A DNA stretch of 64,000 nt from Octopus vulgaris (lineage: Eukaryota): assembly GCA_951406725.2 (NCBI GenBank), contig OX597825.1:69254001-69318000 (forward strand), written 5' to 3'. Shown here piece by piece: positions 13,910 to 25,634 of the stretch (the first letter of the stretch is position 1; every line of letters begins with the position of its first letter). Under the pieces are notes generated by a model. It saw nothing but the letters and a program-made list of their open reading frames with translations, was not told the DNA's origin and made no database searches. A program made the translations under genes and the position numbers.

Positions 13910-13910
<1 letters not shown>
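13647..13910 (+). mobile_element. 3' remnant of a CR1-group LINE, older relative of the 50-kb copy
   Basis: ALFNIVSKQIKEDKDPITFKRNLNKFLQGIPNDPPIPGYKSLNKNSLLEW aligns with ALFNITPKHIKTETDPIGFKKSLDRFLQEIPDKPPTPGYVSVNNNSLLEW. The 3' UTR is shared. Confidence 0.9.
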
Positions 13911-13950
<40 letters not shown>

Positions 13951-14160
13951 GTGAAATAGAAAGATGAATAATCTTGTAGTAGATTAATCAAAAGTTTAAC
14001 CGATACCTTAGTAGCAAAAATCACAGCAGTAAAACAGCACGGTTGGGGGTACAACCATATGGTGTTGCAACCGTGCGTTGGTGCGGATAATTGAAATTAG
14101 AACATTATTGGTGAATTGAAGAAATGGAGCTGAACGCAGATTGAACAGAAATCGTTTTAT

Positions 14161-14247
14161 TTCATTCTACACGTGTTTCGAAAGGCACAAATTACCAAAA
14201 TCCGATGGAATAATGGGACCATATTGTGTCTTTCTCTTCAGGAAGAA
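14161..14247 (-). ncRNA. Type I hammerhead ribozyme (left arm pLTR)
   Basis: Reverse complement of 16134-16220. Confidence 0.88.
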
Positions 14248-14838
14248 AATAGGAAATCCGTTGGAAAAACAAAAACAGAACAGAGGCGGAGCAAAAACAA
14301 ATCGAACTATGCTCCTAAGAGCCCATGGCGAAACTGTTTATCAGTGTATGTTGAGAACCGGTGGCTGAAGAATTCAACGGGTCAGGCATCGGTCAATCAT
14401 GTGGGTGAGGGGGCGTAGATGTTCTTTGTGACCGAGAATAAAGTTCTGACTATTTAAGGAATATTGGATGTTTTATAAGGGGCGAGAAAAAATCTACTTA
14501 GAGACGTGTGTGTGTGTATACTGTTCTATATACGTGTGTGTTGGCGTAGGGGTAGAAAACATTTTTTGTGTACGTGTGTGCGTTTGATCGTTCGGCTGTC
14601 AGTGGCTACTGCCGTGATGACCGTTGGGTGGCAGAAAAAAAAAATATATATCATGTTTTATGTGTGTGTGTGTTCTCATCTAAGCCTGCCTTGTCAAGGA
14701 AACCCCCCGCTGTGAAAAAACCAAGCCCCGTTTGTCTTACAGGAGTAATTCCCCTTGCAGTGGTTAATCGTAGATATCTTAAAGGCTATTTCAGAATTTG
14801 TTACCAAGGGCTATGGGTGCCGGTATTATTTATAAACG

Positions 14839-15183
14839 CTATTTAAAAGCCAGATAAGTGTAACGCCGCCAATGGGGGCATCGAAAAGCCGACTGTAAAA
14901 GCCCGTTTACCATCCGGCCTCTGGCAAACAAAATATGGAAGAGTTCGGAGACACAAAGGTTGCACTGCCTTCTGCCCCTATCAAATGGGAGGGCCACCGA
15001 CAAAATTGACCATTCCAGCCTGTAGCTTAGGTTCGTATCCTTCAGTCGCCATATTAGCTTACTGAGTCCCGTGGTCTGGCGCTTGTTCATGTCCCGAAAA
15101 GTTGCGTAATGGTTGGAGACACGCAAAGACAATCTTGAGGATGAGGCCCCTACATAAGTGAAGACATCTGAGTCCGTGTAAAC
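14839..15183 (-). pseudogene. PLE GIY-YIG endonuclease C-terminal fragment (open frame, 5'-truncated)
   Basis: FTYVG..RVSNHYATF..TGLSKLIWRLK..LEWSIL..CNLCVSE..VN..CPH contains the YIG-equivalent, the conserved Arg/Glu/Asn and a CxxC..CxH motif. Confidence 0.8.
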
Positions 15184-15542
15184 GCCGTCTACCAATGCAA
15201 GGTTTACACGGACTCAGATGTCTTCACTTATGTAGGGGCCTCATCCTCAAGATTGTCTTTGCGTGTCTCCAACCATTACGCAACTTTTCGGGACATGAAC
15301 AAGCGCCAGACCACGGACTCAGTATAGCTAATATGGCGACTGAAGGATACGAACCTAAGCTACAGGCTGGAATGGTCAATTTTGTCGGTGGCCCTCCCAT
15401 TTGATAGGGGCGGAAGGCAGTGCAACCTTTGTGTCTCGAACTCTTCCATATTTTGTTTGCCAGAGGCCGGATGGTAAACGGGCTTTTACAGTCGGCTTTT
15501 CGATGCCCCCATTGGCGGCGTTACACTTATCTGGCTTTTAAA
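15181..15542 (+). pseudogene. PLE GIY-YIG endonuclease fragment (right arm, with 1-nt indels)
   Basis: The frame from 15181 reads NAVYQCKVYTDSDVFTYVG, giving both halves of the GIY-YIG motif. Indels near 15315-15325 and ~15437 break the frame. Confidence 0.8.
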
Positions 15543-16133
15543 TAGCGTTTATAAATAATACCGGCACCCATAGCCCTTGGTAACAAATTCTGAAATAGCC
15601 TTTAAGATATCTACGATTAACCACTGCAAGGGGAATTACTCCTGTAAGACAAACGGGGCTTGGTTTTTTCACAGCGGGGGTTTCCTTGACAAGGCAGGCT
15701 TAGATGAGAACACACACACACATAAAACATGATATATATATTTTTTTTCTGCCACCCAACGGTCATCACGGCAGTAGCCACTGACAGCCGAACGATCAAA
15801 CGCACACACGTACACAAAAAATGTTTTCTACCCCTACGCCAACACACACGTATATAGAACAGTATACACACACACACGTCTCTAAGTAGATTTTTTCTCG
15901 CCCCTTATAAAACATCCTATATTCCTTAAATAGTCAGAACTTTATTCTCGGTCACAAAGAACATCTACGCCCCCTCACCCACATGATTGACCGATGCCTG
16001 ACCCGTTGAATTCTTCAGCCACCGGTTCTCAACATACACTGATAAACAGTTTCGCCATGGGCTCTTAGGAGCATAGTTCGATTTGTTTGCTCCGCCTCTG
16101 TTCTGTTTTTGTTTTTCCAACGGATTTCCTATT

Positions 16134-16220
16134 TTCTTCCTGAAGAGAAAGACACAATATGGTCCCATTATTCCATCGGATTTTGGTAATTTGTGCCTTT
16201 CGAAACACGTGTAGAATGAA
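16134..16220 (+). ncRNA. Type I hammerhead ribozyme (right arm pLTR)
   Basis: UUC-CUGAAGA(16140-16146)-GAAAGACACAA..UUGUGCCUUUC-GAAAC-ACGU-GUA-GAA. Stem III is the palindrome ACACGUGU and cleavage is predicted after 16213. Confidence 0.88.
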
Positions 16221-16300
16221 ATAAAACGATTTCTGTTCAATCTGCGTTCAGCTCCATTTCTTCAATTCACCAATAATATATATATATATATATATATATA

Positions 16301-16990
16301 CCTAATCCTGATCTTAGTAATTATAAGGGTCTTTATATAAATAAAGCTTCTAAATAATTACCAGATAGAAACTATAAATATCATGTTGGGAGTAGCAATA
16401 ATAACTTCTTAAAACTATAATATAAACCTTAGTTTTAACAAAAAATTAGTTTAAAATATGATTGTTCCATAACTTAAATATTCCTGTAGCCGATACCTGA
16501 CATCAGTCTTTTATTGATATTAGCTAAAGAAATAAATGTATAATTTTTAGTCTAATATATTTTGAATTATTATACTTTTTCTAAAAATCTCCTCTATTCG
16601 TGTTAATAAGCTACATATATTTTACCATAGTATTAGTGATTAAGCCATTTTCTTTCTTTTTTTTATGGTGTTCTGCCCTAATTGATTATTTTATCTTATT
16701 TCTTTATTATTTTATAATTAGCCTTTATTTATAATATTAATCTAATTTTTGTATCTCTATAAATTCATACTTAGCTTATATGAAACTATACTGATATATT
16801 CACTACTTATTAAAAAATACTGCTTAGATTATAATTTTATTAATATATAATTAGAATGTTCCTTTACCTCAATACTCCTTTATTAATACCAGTATATACC
16901 AATTAATCAATTTTCACAGACACCATCTGATGAGTTAGTATTTAAGTGTACATTATGTATAAATATTAAACTATTTCTCGATAATTTCTT
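16301..16990 (+). mobile_element. Possible old, decayed PLE (GIY-YIG relic plus degenerate HHR)
   Basis: A stop-interrupted frame reads KGLY..KYHVGSSNNNF. CTGATGAG at ~16927 is followed by a loop resembling that of the 12162 HHR, but GATA replaces GAAA. Confidence 0.3.
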
Positions 16991-17715
16991 TTCCTCCCTC
17001 TATTGTGGTAAAAGTTTGGTATATACTCAAAGGTATTCATAAATTTCTATCCTTTTGTTATAATATTCTTCTTAATAATCTTTTGAATAACCCTAAACTT
17101 TAACTGTATACAATATAGCAACATTGTTTAAAATATTTAACTGTAGTTCTACACGATAAGACTTCCCCTGTTTCATTATCAATGGTCTGCTAGTGCGCGA
17201 TCCCCTTAATTATAAGCTAACATCTTGTTTTAAGTTTTCCTTTGCCAAACCTCATGATATTGCTTCTAATAAATTTTTATTTTTACGACAATACCAACTA
17301 TGATGTCTGTCTGCTCCCTCAGCCCTACCCCTAACAGATACTGCCCTCTGTTCTCTCAGTCTTAAATATACAAGGGATTTGATAAACTAGTCTATAAACT
17401 AAAACTCACCCCATAAAAACAAAAAATCAGTGACAGGCAGAATCTGTAAAAATGTATATCTTCTTGAAAATTCAGTAACTTCTAAACTTGAGTGAGACAG
17501 CATGTTCCTTGTCTATCTCTTTAACTTCTTGGAGATTTTAGATATAATTATACTAATGTGTTCATCTGTTCTAATTTAATTAAAGTCTATGTCTTTGTGC
17601 AGCTGAAGATTGCTCTGCATTTTAAATTGATGCAATGATTGCATTGTTCAATTAAATGGAGTTGCATGAAAAGATCGTACTGTATCACCTCTGGATATCC
17701 TTGTTGCTTATTTTG

Positions 17716-17759
<44 letters not shown>

Positions 17760-17786
17760 AGACCAGTTAGATATGACTCTTCTCCC

Positions 17787-17991
17787 ACGAGGGGGTTCTG
17801 AAAAGTTCCTGGCTTGAAAGGTATCACGAAAGGCTTGATAGGAAGTCCAACTTTCCGAGTTTAGAAAATGTAAATGACAGCTGCAGTGAGTGTGGATTCG
17901 AGAGGGGAATATGTTTACTAAAATCATAATTTAACTGATCCTCCTGTATTTTCTTTTACCCAAAGGCAGGAAATTTCAACATCCCCTCGTA
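17787..17991. mobile_element. Mariner-type MITE
   Basis: Imperfect TIRs ACGAGGGGGTTCTGAAAAGTTCCTGGCTT / AAGGCAGGAAATTTCAACATCCCCTCGT, ending in TA on the right. Confidence 0.7.
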
Positions 17992-18373
17992 TATTACGAA
18001 AACTATTTTTAGCCACAAAACTCAAGAATATATGCACTAAACCCTTATTCTATAAAAAGATTCGAAGCAACATCTGACTCCTTATCTTTCTTTGTTCCTC
18101 ATCACCTTCACACTTTTGTTACATGTGTTTATATGAGTTATGTATGCCACACACTGGGAATACGTAAGCCAAAATAAATTCAGTTAAACTTTAATACGGA
18201 AACATTTATTATGTGAAAATGTATCTTCATATTTTTTATACCCATAAACCGAGAATAAAATCATTCTCCATTCATGACAAAAAATTTAACTGGCTTTAAT
18301 TGCAGACAAAAAATATATATGTATATAGAAAGGAAATGTTGGCGCATTTTCAACTTTTCCCAGTAGTTTATAC

Positions 18374-18404
<31 letters not shown>

Positions 18405-18660
18405 TGTGCGTATGTGTGTGTCTGTGTGTATGAGTGTGTGTATTTATGTACACACACATACAGTGTACAATTATAGAAGTAAAGTTAATGCTATTGCTTC
18501 TTGGTGTAATCCACATTTTATAATATTGTCAATATATACATATATATATACATGTATGTATGCATGTATGTATGTATACATACATATGTATATATATATG
18601 TATGTATGTATATTTTCGTTTCTCATTGTCTAAGTTTTTTTTATGTTCTGTACCCATATA

Positions 18661-18707
<47 letters not shown>

Positions 18708-18714
<7 letters not shown>

Positions 18715-19171
18715 TAAATTAGAGATAAAACCACTATCAGGCAAATCATACAATGAAAAACTTAAGCCAATACATAAGATTATTTAATTTATATTATTTA
18801 AATATATAACAAAATTATTAAAAAAATATAATTAATATAACACTACGATCGTTTCATGGTTGTTAATTGATTAAATCTCGCCAAGTTAAATATTTAAACC
18901 ACCTGATGAATCACTGTAACTCGAAAATTTAAAGACATTAACAGCCATGAAACGATCGTAGTGTTATATTAATTATATTTTTAATAATTTTGTTATATAT
19001 TTAAATAATATAAATTAAATAATCTTATGTATTGGCTTAAGTTTTTCATTGTATGATTTGCCTAATAGTGGTTTTATCTCTAATTTAATATAATATAATA
19101 TTTTACTATAAAATTGGATTCAATCCTAAATCTGATTTTTCCCTGTAAGTTTTGATTTATTCCCTAATATT

Positions 19172-19177
<6 letters not shown>
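18708..19177 (+). mobile_element. PLE pLTR fragment with a 5' inverted duplication, in (TA)n
   Basis: 18708-18867 is the reverse complement of 18937-19094. It contains an HHR and has (TA)n on both sides. Confidence 0.8.
18900..18963 (+). ncRNA. Type I hammerhead ribozyme motif
   Basis: CAC-CUGAUGA(18903-18909)-AU..CUGU..ACAG..AU-GAAAC-GAUC-GUA-GUG. Stem III is the palindrome ACGAUCGU and stem II is imperfect. Confidence 0.75.
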
Positions 19178-19223
<46 letters not shown>

Positions 19224-19559
19224 TCACGCACATGTATATAGATGGGTTGGCTGCGTGGTTAAAGAGCTCTCAGTTTCGTGTTCACTCTCACTACCTGATA
19301 CCTTGTGTATCTGTTTTTAAAGCACCGGACCGAACCGATCCCATGTGAGTGTGCGTATTTATATCTGTTTGTATACATATATGAATATATATGCGTTGAG
19401 TGTATGTATTCATGAATATTAATGTCCATGGCTAAGAATTGCATCTGTTTCATGGATGCTGTGTTTCGGTGTTGTACACCTTATTCAAGATGAGTGAGAA
19501 TAAGAGATTTGATAAAATGTATGATTGTAGGGGGTCTAAGATAGCAGAGGGTACAATAA

Positions 19560-19901
19560 TCTATTAGAAGGGGAGAGTGGGATTGTGAGAAAGGGATAGT
19601 GAATGAGAGTGACATAGTGGGGACAAAAGCTGTTATAGAGAGAATGGGTCAAAGCAAGGGAATGATTGGTGGAGAGAGAGAGAAAGCGACGGACAGATAG
19701 ACAGACTAAGACAGGGAGAAAGAGAGAGGCAGATAGAGAGTAGCAGAGATACAGATAGATAGACAGAATGAGACAGGAAAAGAGAGAGAGAGACATACAG
19801 AAAAGCAGAGAGACAGATAAACCGAATGAGACGGTGAGAGAAAAAGGAAGTGAGAGTGAGTGAGAAGTAGAAAGACAGTTAGATAGACAGAATGAGACAA
19901 G

Positions 19902-19943
<42 letters not shown>

Positions 19944-20157
19944 CACGCAGCGAGACAGATAAATAGACAGAATGTGACAAGGAGAGGGGGCAGAGAGAGT
20001 AGCAGGAAACAGATAGATAGAATGAGAGAAAGATAGATAGATAGAGAGAGAGAGAAAGAAGCAGAGAGGCAGATAGACAGAATGAGACAAGGAGAGAGGG
20101 AGAAAGAGAGAGTGAGAGAGAGCTAGAGAGAAAGATAGATAGACAAATTGAGACAGG

Positions 20158-20194
<37 letters not shown>

Positions 20195-20400
20195 AAAGAT
20201 GGAGAAGAATGAACTAAGAGAATATATATTTTTCCAAACCATAAAGGCACATGCACAAGGGGTCAGAGACATTTAATGTGTTACTATACTTGCTCGCGTG
20301 CCTGTCCCCTTGTGTGTGTGTGTGTATGTATGTGTGTGTGTGAGAAAGAAAGAAAGAGAGAGAGAGAGAGTGAGAGAGAGAGGAAGAGTGAGAGTGAGTA
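19560..20400. repeat. GA-rich low-complexity or degenerate minisatellite region
   Basis: Recurring GATAGACAGAATGAGACAAGGAGAG units among (GA)n. Confidence 0.8.
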
Positions 20401-20745
20401 GAAATATGGAGAGTGAAAAAGACTGATTCATTTAACTCTGGTAGAGATACAGCAAGCATAGTATCGCAATATATTTTATGACCAAAGAAACAGGTGCAAT
20501 ATCACTGGACATGAACCACGCTAAAAGTACAAGATATTATTTAGTTTGCCTGCCAGCCAAGTTGTATATTGATCCAATACTTTATTTTATCTTTTTGCTG
20601 CTCTGCGTTTGGTAATATATTAAACAAATTCAACAAACTACCCCCCTCACACGTATATTATATGTACATGTGCATGAGTGTCTGCTTGATTAAAAATTTC
20701 TCCTTTTAGCATAATTATATGTTCAGAATAATATACATACATACA

Positions 20746-20781
<36 letters not shown>

Positions 20782-20816
20782 TATGTATATTATATATACA
20801 TATATATATATATATG

Positions 20817-20854
<38 letters not shown>

Positions 20855-21068
20855 TATATATACATATATATATATGTATATTATATATACATATTAGTTA
20901 ATCCAAACAAGAAAGCACAAAAAAACACAACAACGCGAGGACGTGGAACAAATATAGTATTATTGGACGCTCAGGAATGAAGGAAAGAAGGAGGTCACAT
21001 TTTGAAAGACCGGAAGGAAAATGTATATATATGCATATATATATATATATATACATATATATACATAT

Positions 21069-21145
<77 letters not shown>

Positions 21146-21248
21146 ATGGAAGTGGAAACAACATAGACGTAAATCTAAGAAATTTTAATTTAGAAAAATT
21201 GATAAAATGATTAAAAAAAATATATGTATAGAAAATATACAGTATTAC

Positions 21249-21512
21249 CGGTTTCGAGAAGAATTCCATGTTGTCAAATATTAATAGAAATTTGTAATTT
21301 GAAGCAAAATATGTTTTTGTTTATCTTCTGTTTGGTGGTCAGAACATGTCAGGAGATTTTTGGTAAATTCTTCTTCAAATATAGTTTGTAAATAATTTGT
21401 TAAAGAGAAAGCGAGGGTCTGTAGTTGTCTATTGTCTAAAAAAAAAACTCTTTTCGGTCCTGCAGTGTGGGGTAGCTTGAAAGCATTCAATTGAATGTGT
21501 CTTATGTCCAGC
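21249..21512 (-). pseudogene. Decayed leucine-rich-repeat coding segment
   Basis: [45 protein letters not shown] followed by CG|GTAATA. Spacing is LRR-like, with an in-frame stop. Confidence 0.4.
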
Positions 21513-21622
21513 TGTATGTAAGTTTGTGTTTGTGTGTGTATTGTGCTGAATATCCTTTCAATATGTTCGGAATGTGACCATATGTGTGTTAATGAGTGTG
21601 AATGTTGTGATATATATATATA

Positions 21623-22031
21623 GGCGCAGGAGTGGCTGTGTGGTAAGTAGCTTGCTAACCAACCACATGGTTCCGGGTTCAGTCCCACTGTGTGGCATCT
21701 TGGGCAAGTCTCTTCTGCTATAGCCCCGGGCCGACCAATGCCTTGTGAGTGGATTTGGTTGACGGAAACTGAAAGAAGCCTGTCGTATATATGTATATAT
21801 ATACGTATGTACGTCTGTGTTTGTGTGTCTGTGTTTGTCCCCCTAGCATTGCTTGACAACCGATGCTGGTGTGTTTACGTCCCCGTTACTTAGCGGTTCG
21901 GCAAAAAAGAGACCGATAGAATAAGTACTGGGCTTACAAAGAATAAGTCCCGGGGTCGATTTGCTCGACTAAAGGCGGTGCCCCAGCATGGCCGCAGTCA
22001 AATGACTGAAACAAGTAAAAGAGTAAAAGAG
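21623..22031 (+). mobile_element. SINE family A, full-length reference copy
   Basis: tRNA-like head, CTTGGGCAAGT central block, internal TA/TG tract, 3' stem-loop and GTAAAAGA repeats. Confidence 0.93.
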
Positions 22032-22045
22032 TATATATAGTATAA

Positions 22046-22099
<54 letters not shown>

Positions 22100-22140
22100 G
22101 CGTGTGTGTGCGTGCGTGCGTGTGTGTGTGTGTGTGTATA

Positions 22141-22456
22141 GACGCAGCCCTGACTATGTGGTAAGAGCTTGCTACCCAACAACATGGTTCTGGATTCAGT
22201 CTCATTGCATGACACCTTGTGCAAGAGCTTTCCACTATAACTTCTGGCCGACCAATGCCCTTTGAGTGGATTTGGTAGAAGGGAACTGAAAGAATCCCTT
22301 CGTGTATATATATATATATATATATGGGTGTATCTGTGTGTCTATGTTTGTCCCCTGCCCATGGCTTGACAACTGGTGTTGATATGTTTACGTCCCCGTA
22401 ATTTATCAGTTCGTCGAAAGTGACCCAGATTTACAAAGAATAAGTCCTGAGGTTGG
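22141..22456 (+). mobile_element. SINE family A, diverged, 3'-truncated
   Basis: Homologous to 21623-22031. Confidence 0.8.
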
Positions 22457-22687
22457 TTTCTATATATATATCACAGTGTTGTGATGTTTACGATTCCCGG
22501 AAAAGAGTCAGGGCAGCATGCTTATGAAGTTCTTTTCACAACTATATTCATTCAGGTTGAAACTTGCGGTGCTGCGCCTTGCAAAATGCATCGTGTACCA
22601 TAGCTGAACAACGTCTTGCAATTGAAAATTGGTACACGGAAATAAATTCCAAGTCATTTCCCTCTACCAAATCACATACGACTAGTT

Positions 22688-23095
22688 TACTCTTTACTCT
22701 TTTACTCTTTTACTTGTGTCAGTCATTTGACTGCGGCCATGCTGGAGCACCACCTTTTAGTCGAGTAAATCGACTCCAGGACTTATTCTTTGAAAGCCTA
22801 GTACTTATTCTATCAGTCTCTTTTTGCTGAACCGCTAAGTTACGGGGATGTAAACACACCACCATAGGTTGTAAAGCAATGGCGGGGGGACAAACACAGA
22901 CACACAAACATATACACACATACATATATATAAATATATACGACGGCCTTCTTCCAGTTTCCGTCTACCAAATCCACTCACAAGGCTTTGGTCGGCCTGA
23001 GGCTATAGTAGAAGACACTTGCCCAAGGTGCCACGCAGTGGGAATGAACCCGGAACCATGTGGTTGGTAAGCAAGCTACTTACCACACAACCACT
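22688..23095 (-). mobile_element. SINE family A, near full length
   Basis: Homologous to 21623-22031. Confidence 0.9.
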
Positions 23096-23349
23096 TGGTT
23101 GATACTTGATATCTCCACAATATCTGAAAATATTTTGTAGCTGCCAAGTGTCTGTTAAATTTTACCATAACATCTCTATGAGTGATAGCTTAATTCCTCG
23201 CTCAATTTAACAGAATCAAATGCTTTTAGATGCTCATAGTGGAGCCGACTCTAGAGCAATTATTTGGAAAAACAGCTTTGCTAGGTGGATAAAACACTCT
23301 TCCCTATCACAAAATCGGTGTGAAAGGTTGTGTCACCTCTGTCGAAGTC

Positions 23350-24753
23350 CTAAAAAATAAACACTTGTACAGTTCTAGTTTATTACCCGACAATTAGTTG
23401 AAAAATAATACTATTTACTAGGAAATATTGTACTCACCTGCAGTTATTGTCCATCTAAACAAGCGACATTTATCAAAGAGTTGGAAAAAGTGTGATTTAC
23501 GGAATTTCGAACGCCATTACTACATCTAATCTGATGGAAGAAATTGAATTTATTGACCATTTATTAATTTGCTGTATTCGGAGATACGATTTCAAATAGT
23601 ATTATAAAAATCAATTAAGATTGACAGTTTAAAAACCGCTTTTAAAAGATTATTTATCTGAATAAACAACTATACGTTTAATTTTATTTTTTCAAGTCAT
23701 AAATTATAAATGATAATCCCTCGAAAACTTGATGGCAGTTTATTAACATTGATAATTTTTTTAGATTGTTATGCTCATCTGTAAACTGTATATTTAGATA
23801 ACATTTCGATTAGTTGTGTCTCACGTAACACGTAACACGGAACGTATATTTTCATAGGTGAAGTGTACTGCCGTCCTAATTCGCTTAGCTATCTTTACAA
23901 TTTGAAGATATTTGAATTTATTCCTTAATAGTTTCTGATTTAAAGCAGAAAGCCAACCATTTTTGAGAGCAAGCTGTTAGTCGATACTATCAACAACAAT
24001 ACTAGGATGTTATTTTTTTTTCAGCGACATCGTAAGAATGAAAGACAGACTTGACATCAGCAGTATTTAAACTCCGAAAGTTAAGAACCAAGACAAATAA
24101 CGTAAAACCTTTCTCCAACGCTCTAAAGTTTCTGATCGATCGACGCCTTATACTTCTTAAAAATGGCTGCCACATAATGTTCATGTTAGCGCTGATTTAG
24201 ATTTTTTTTGTGTGACAGCAGTAAGCAGAATACATTTTTTAAAGTTTAATTGCAAGCCTTTTATGTATAATAGAAACATTCAACAACAGTATTTGTTATT
24301 TTATTTAGTACACAATATTATATTTCTGTATAATTCCTGCAATAATTCTGCCATTAAAGATTCTAGATTTATTCCTCCCTTACGAAGTGTACGGATCAGT
24401 CCATTCTTTATTGTAGTAAATTCACAAATCATACAGATATCATTATAATCTTACCTCCCCTTGATATGTTTAAATTTGCAGAAGAATCTACACGGTGTGC
24501 GACTTCTTTTCAAGATATCTCTGCTGAACGAAAACATTTCATCAACATAATCGATCGAAGTAATTGTCTCGTGATTTGATATTTCATCGATCTTGGGGAA
24601 ATGAAAGAAACAGTCGACCCTGATATGATTTGAAATTAAAACAAAGAGGATGATATTACCGTTGCGCACAACAAACATCGAACACAATTGAATAGCTAAA
24701 ACAAACAGCAGAGCTGATTTACTTTTCAAATAAAAGAGAAAGCGTTGAAACAT
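23350..24753 (-). pseudogene. Candidate spliced gene or pseudogene 5' region: exon ending 24455, exon 23530-23438, 88-nt intron 23437-23350
   Basis: Minus-strand donors GAG|GTAAGA and CAG|GTGAGT, acceptors TTTCTTCCATCAG| and TTTATTTTTTAG|, and a CTAAT branch-like site. The upstream ORF has a hydrophobic N-terminus. Confidence 0.4.
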
Positions 24754-24894
24754 CTTTATTGAAAAACTTTGTAATTAACTCGCAAAAATGTCATTGACAA
24801 AAGTGCGCGTGCGAAATAACAAATAAAAGGGGCATTGAATACAAAATGAAAACACATGGCTTGGTGATTATAGCGTTCAGTTAACGATAATAAC

Positions 24895-25110
24895 GATTTC
24901 TAATTTTGGCACAGACCAGAAATTGAGGCCGGGGTGAAGTCGATTACATTGACCTCAGTTTTCAATTGATAATTATTTTACTGACCACGAAAAGTTGACA
25001 GTCAAAGTTGACCCCGTCGGAATTTGAACACAGAGCGTAAAGACGGACGGAATACCTATTTCTATTTCTTTACTACCCACAAGGGGCTAAACACAGCGGG
25101 GACAAACAAG
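24895..25110 (-). mobile_element. SINE family D fragments
   Basis: Homologous to 63796-64000. Confidence 0.75.
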
Positions 25111-25634
25111 TGGTCCAGTTAAATCAACTGAAAATGAATTCTGCTGTCGCAATCCGAATGTGTTGCTGGGTCAAAGAATGCGAGAATTGAAAGGGTTTCT
25201 ACGCCTGCAAATGAATACATAAATGCATAAAAGAAGTATAACAGTTTATCAGAATAAAAATAATGTATCGTGAAGAATTTTAATAACATTCTAAATGATG
25301 TTTCAGAGGGGTTTGGTTTAAAAATTTAGCAACCAATTTAAAACAATTTAAACACCGAAGTTCTAATTTGCAAGTGTAAAAATGTCATAAATATTACAGT
25401 TGCAATTTTCGAATTCCTGTTAATTATATCCATATATTACATTAAAATATTATTTGCTGGAATCAGAATCCTGATTACGTGACTTTTAAATGAAATATTA
25501 AATTTTATATTTCTTCGTTTAAGCGATTTTACGCTACAGTTGCTCAACAATAGATTTGATCTGCGATCCTGAAGTAGAGAGCAAAATAATTACTTCAGAT
25601 TAAAGGTTTCTGTTGTAATTAAACACATATATTT

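Larger units (their letters stand above)
13949..16277. mobile_element. Penelope-like retroelement, 5'-truncated, as a head-to-head ~1.08-kb inverted duplication within (TA)n
   Basis: 14104-15183 and 15202-16277 are near-identical reverse complements with an 18-nt spacer. Each arm has a GIY-YIG C-terminus and a downstream HHR. The left arm extends ~155 bp further. Confidence 0.88.

Noticed and set aside
14314-14340. CCTAAGA-GCC-CAT-GGC-GAAAC as a second hammerhead
   Set aside because: The core departs from CUGANGA at two positions, there is no convincing stem I, and it is antisense to the endonuclease and the real HHR.
14141-14846. Short ORFs mirrored in both palindrome arms
   Set aside because: They are antisense to the PLE pLTR, have no recognisable domain and recur only because of the duplication.
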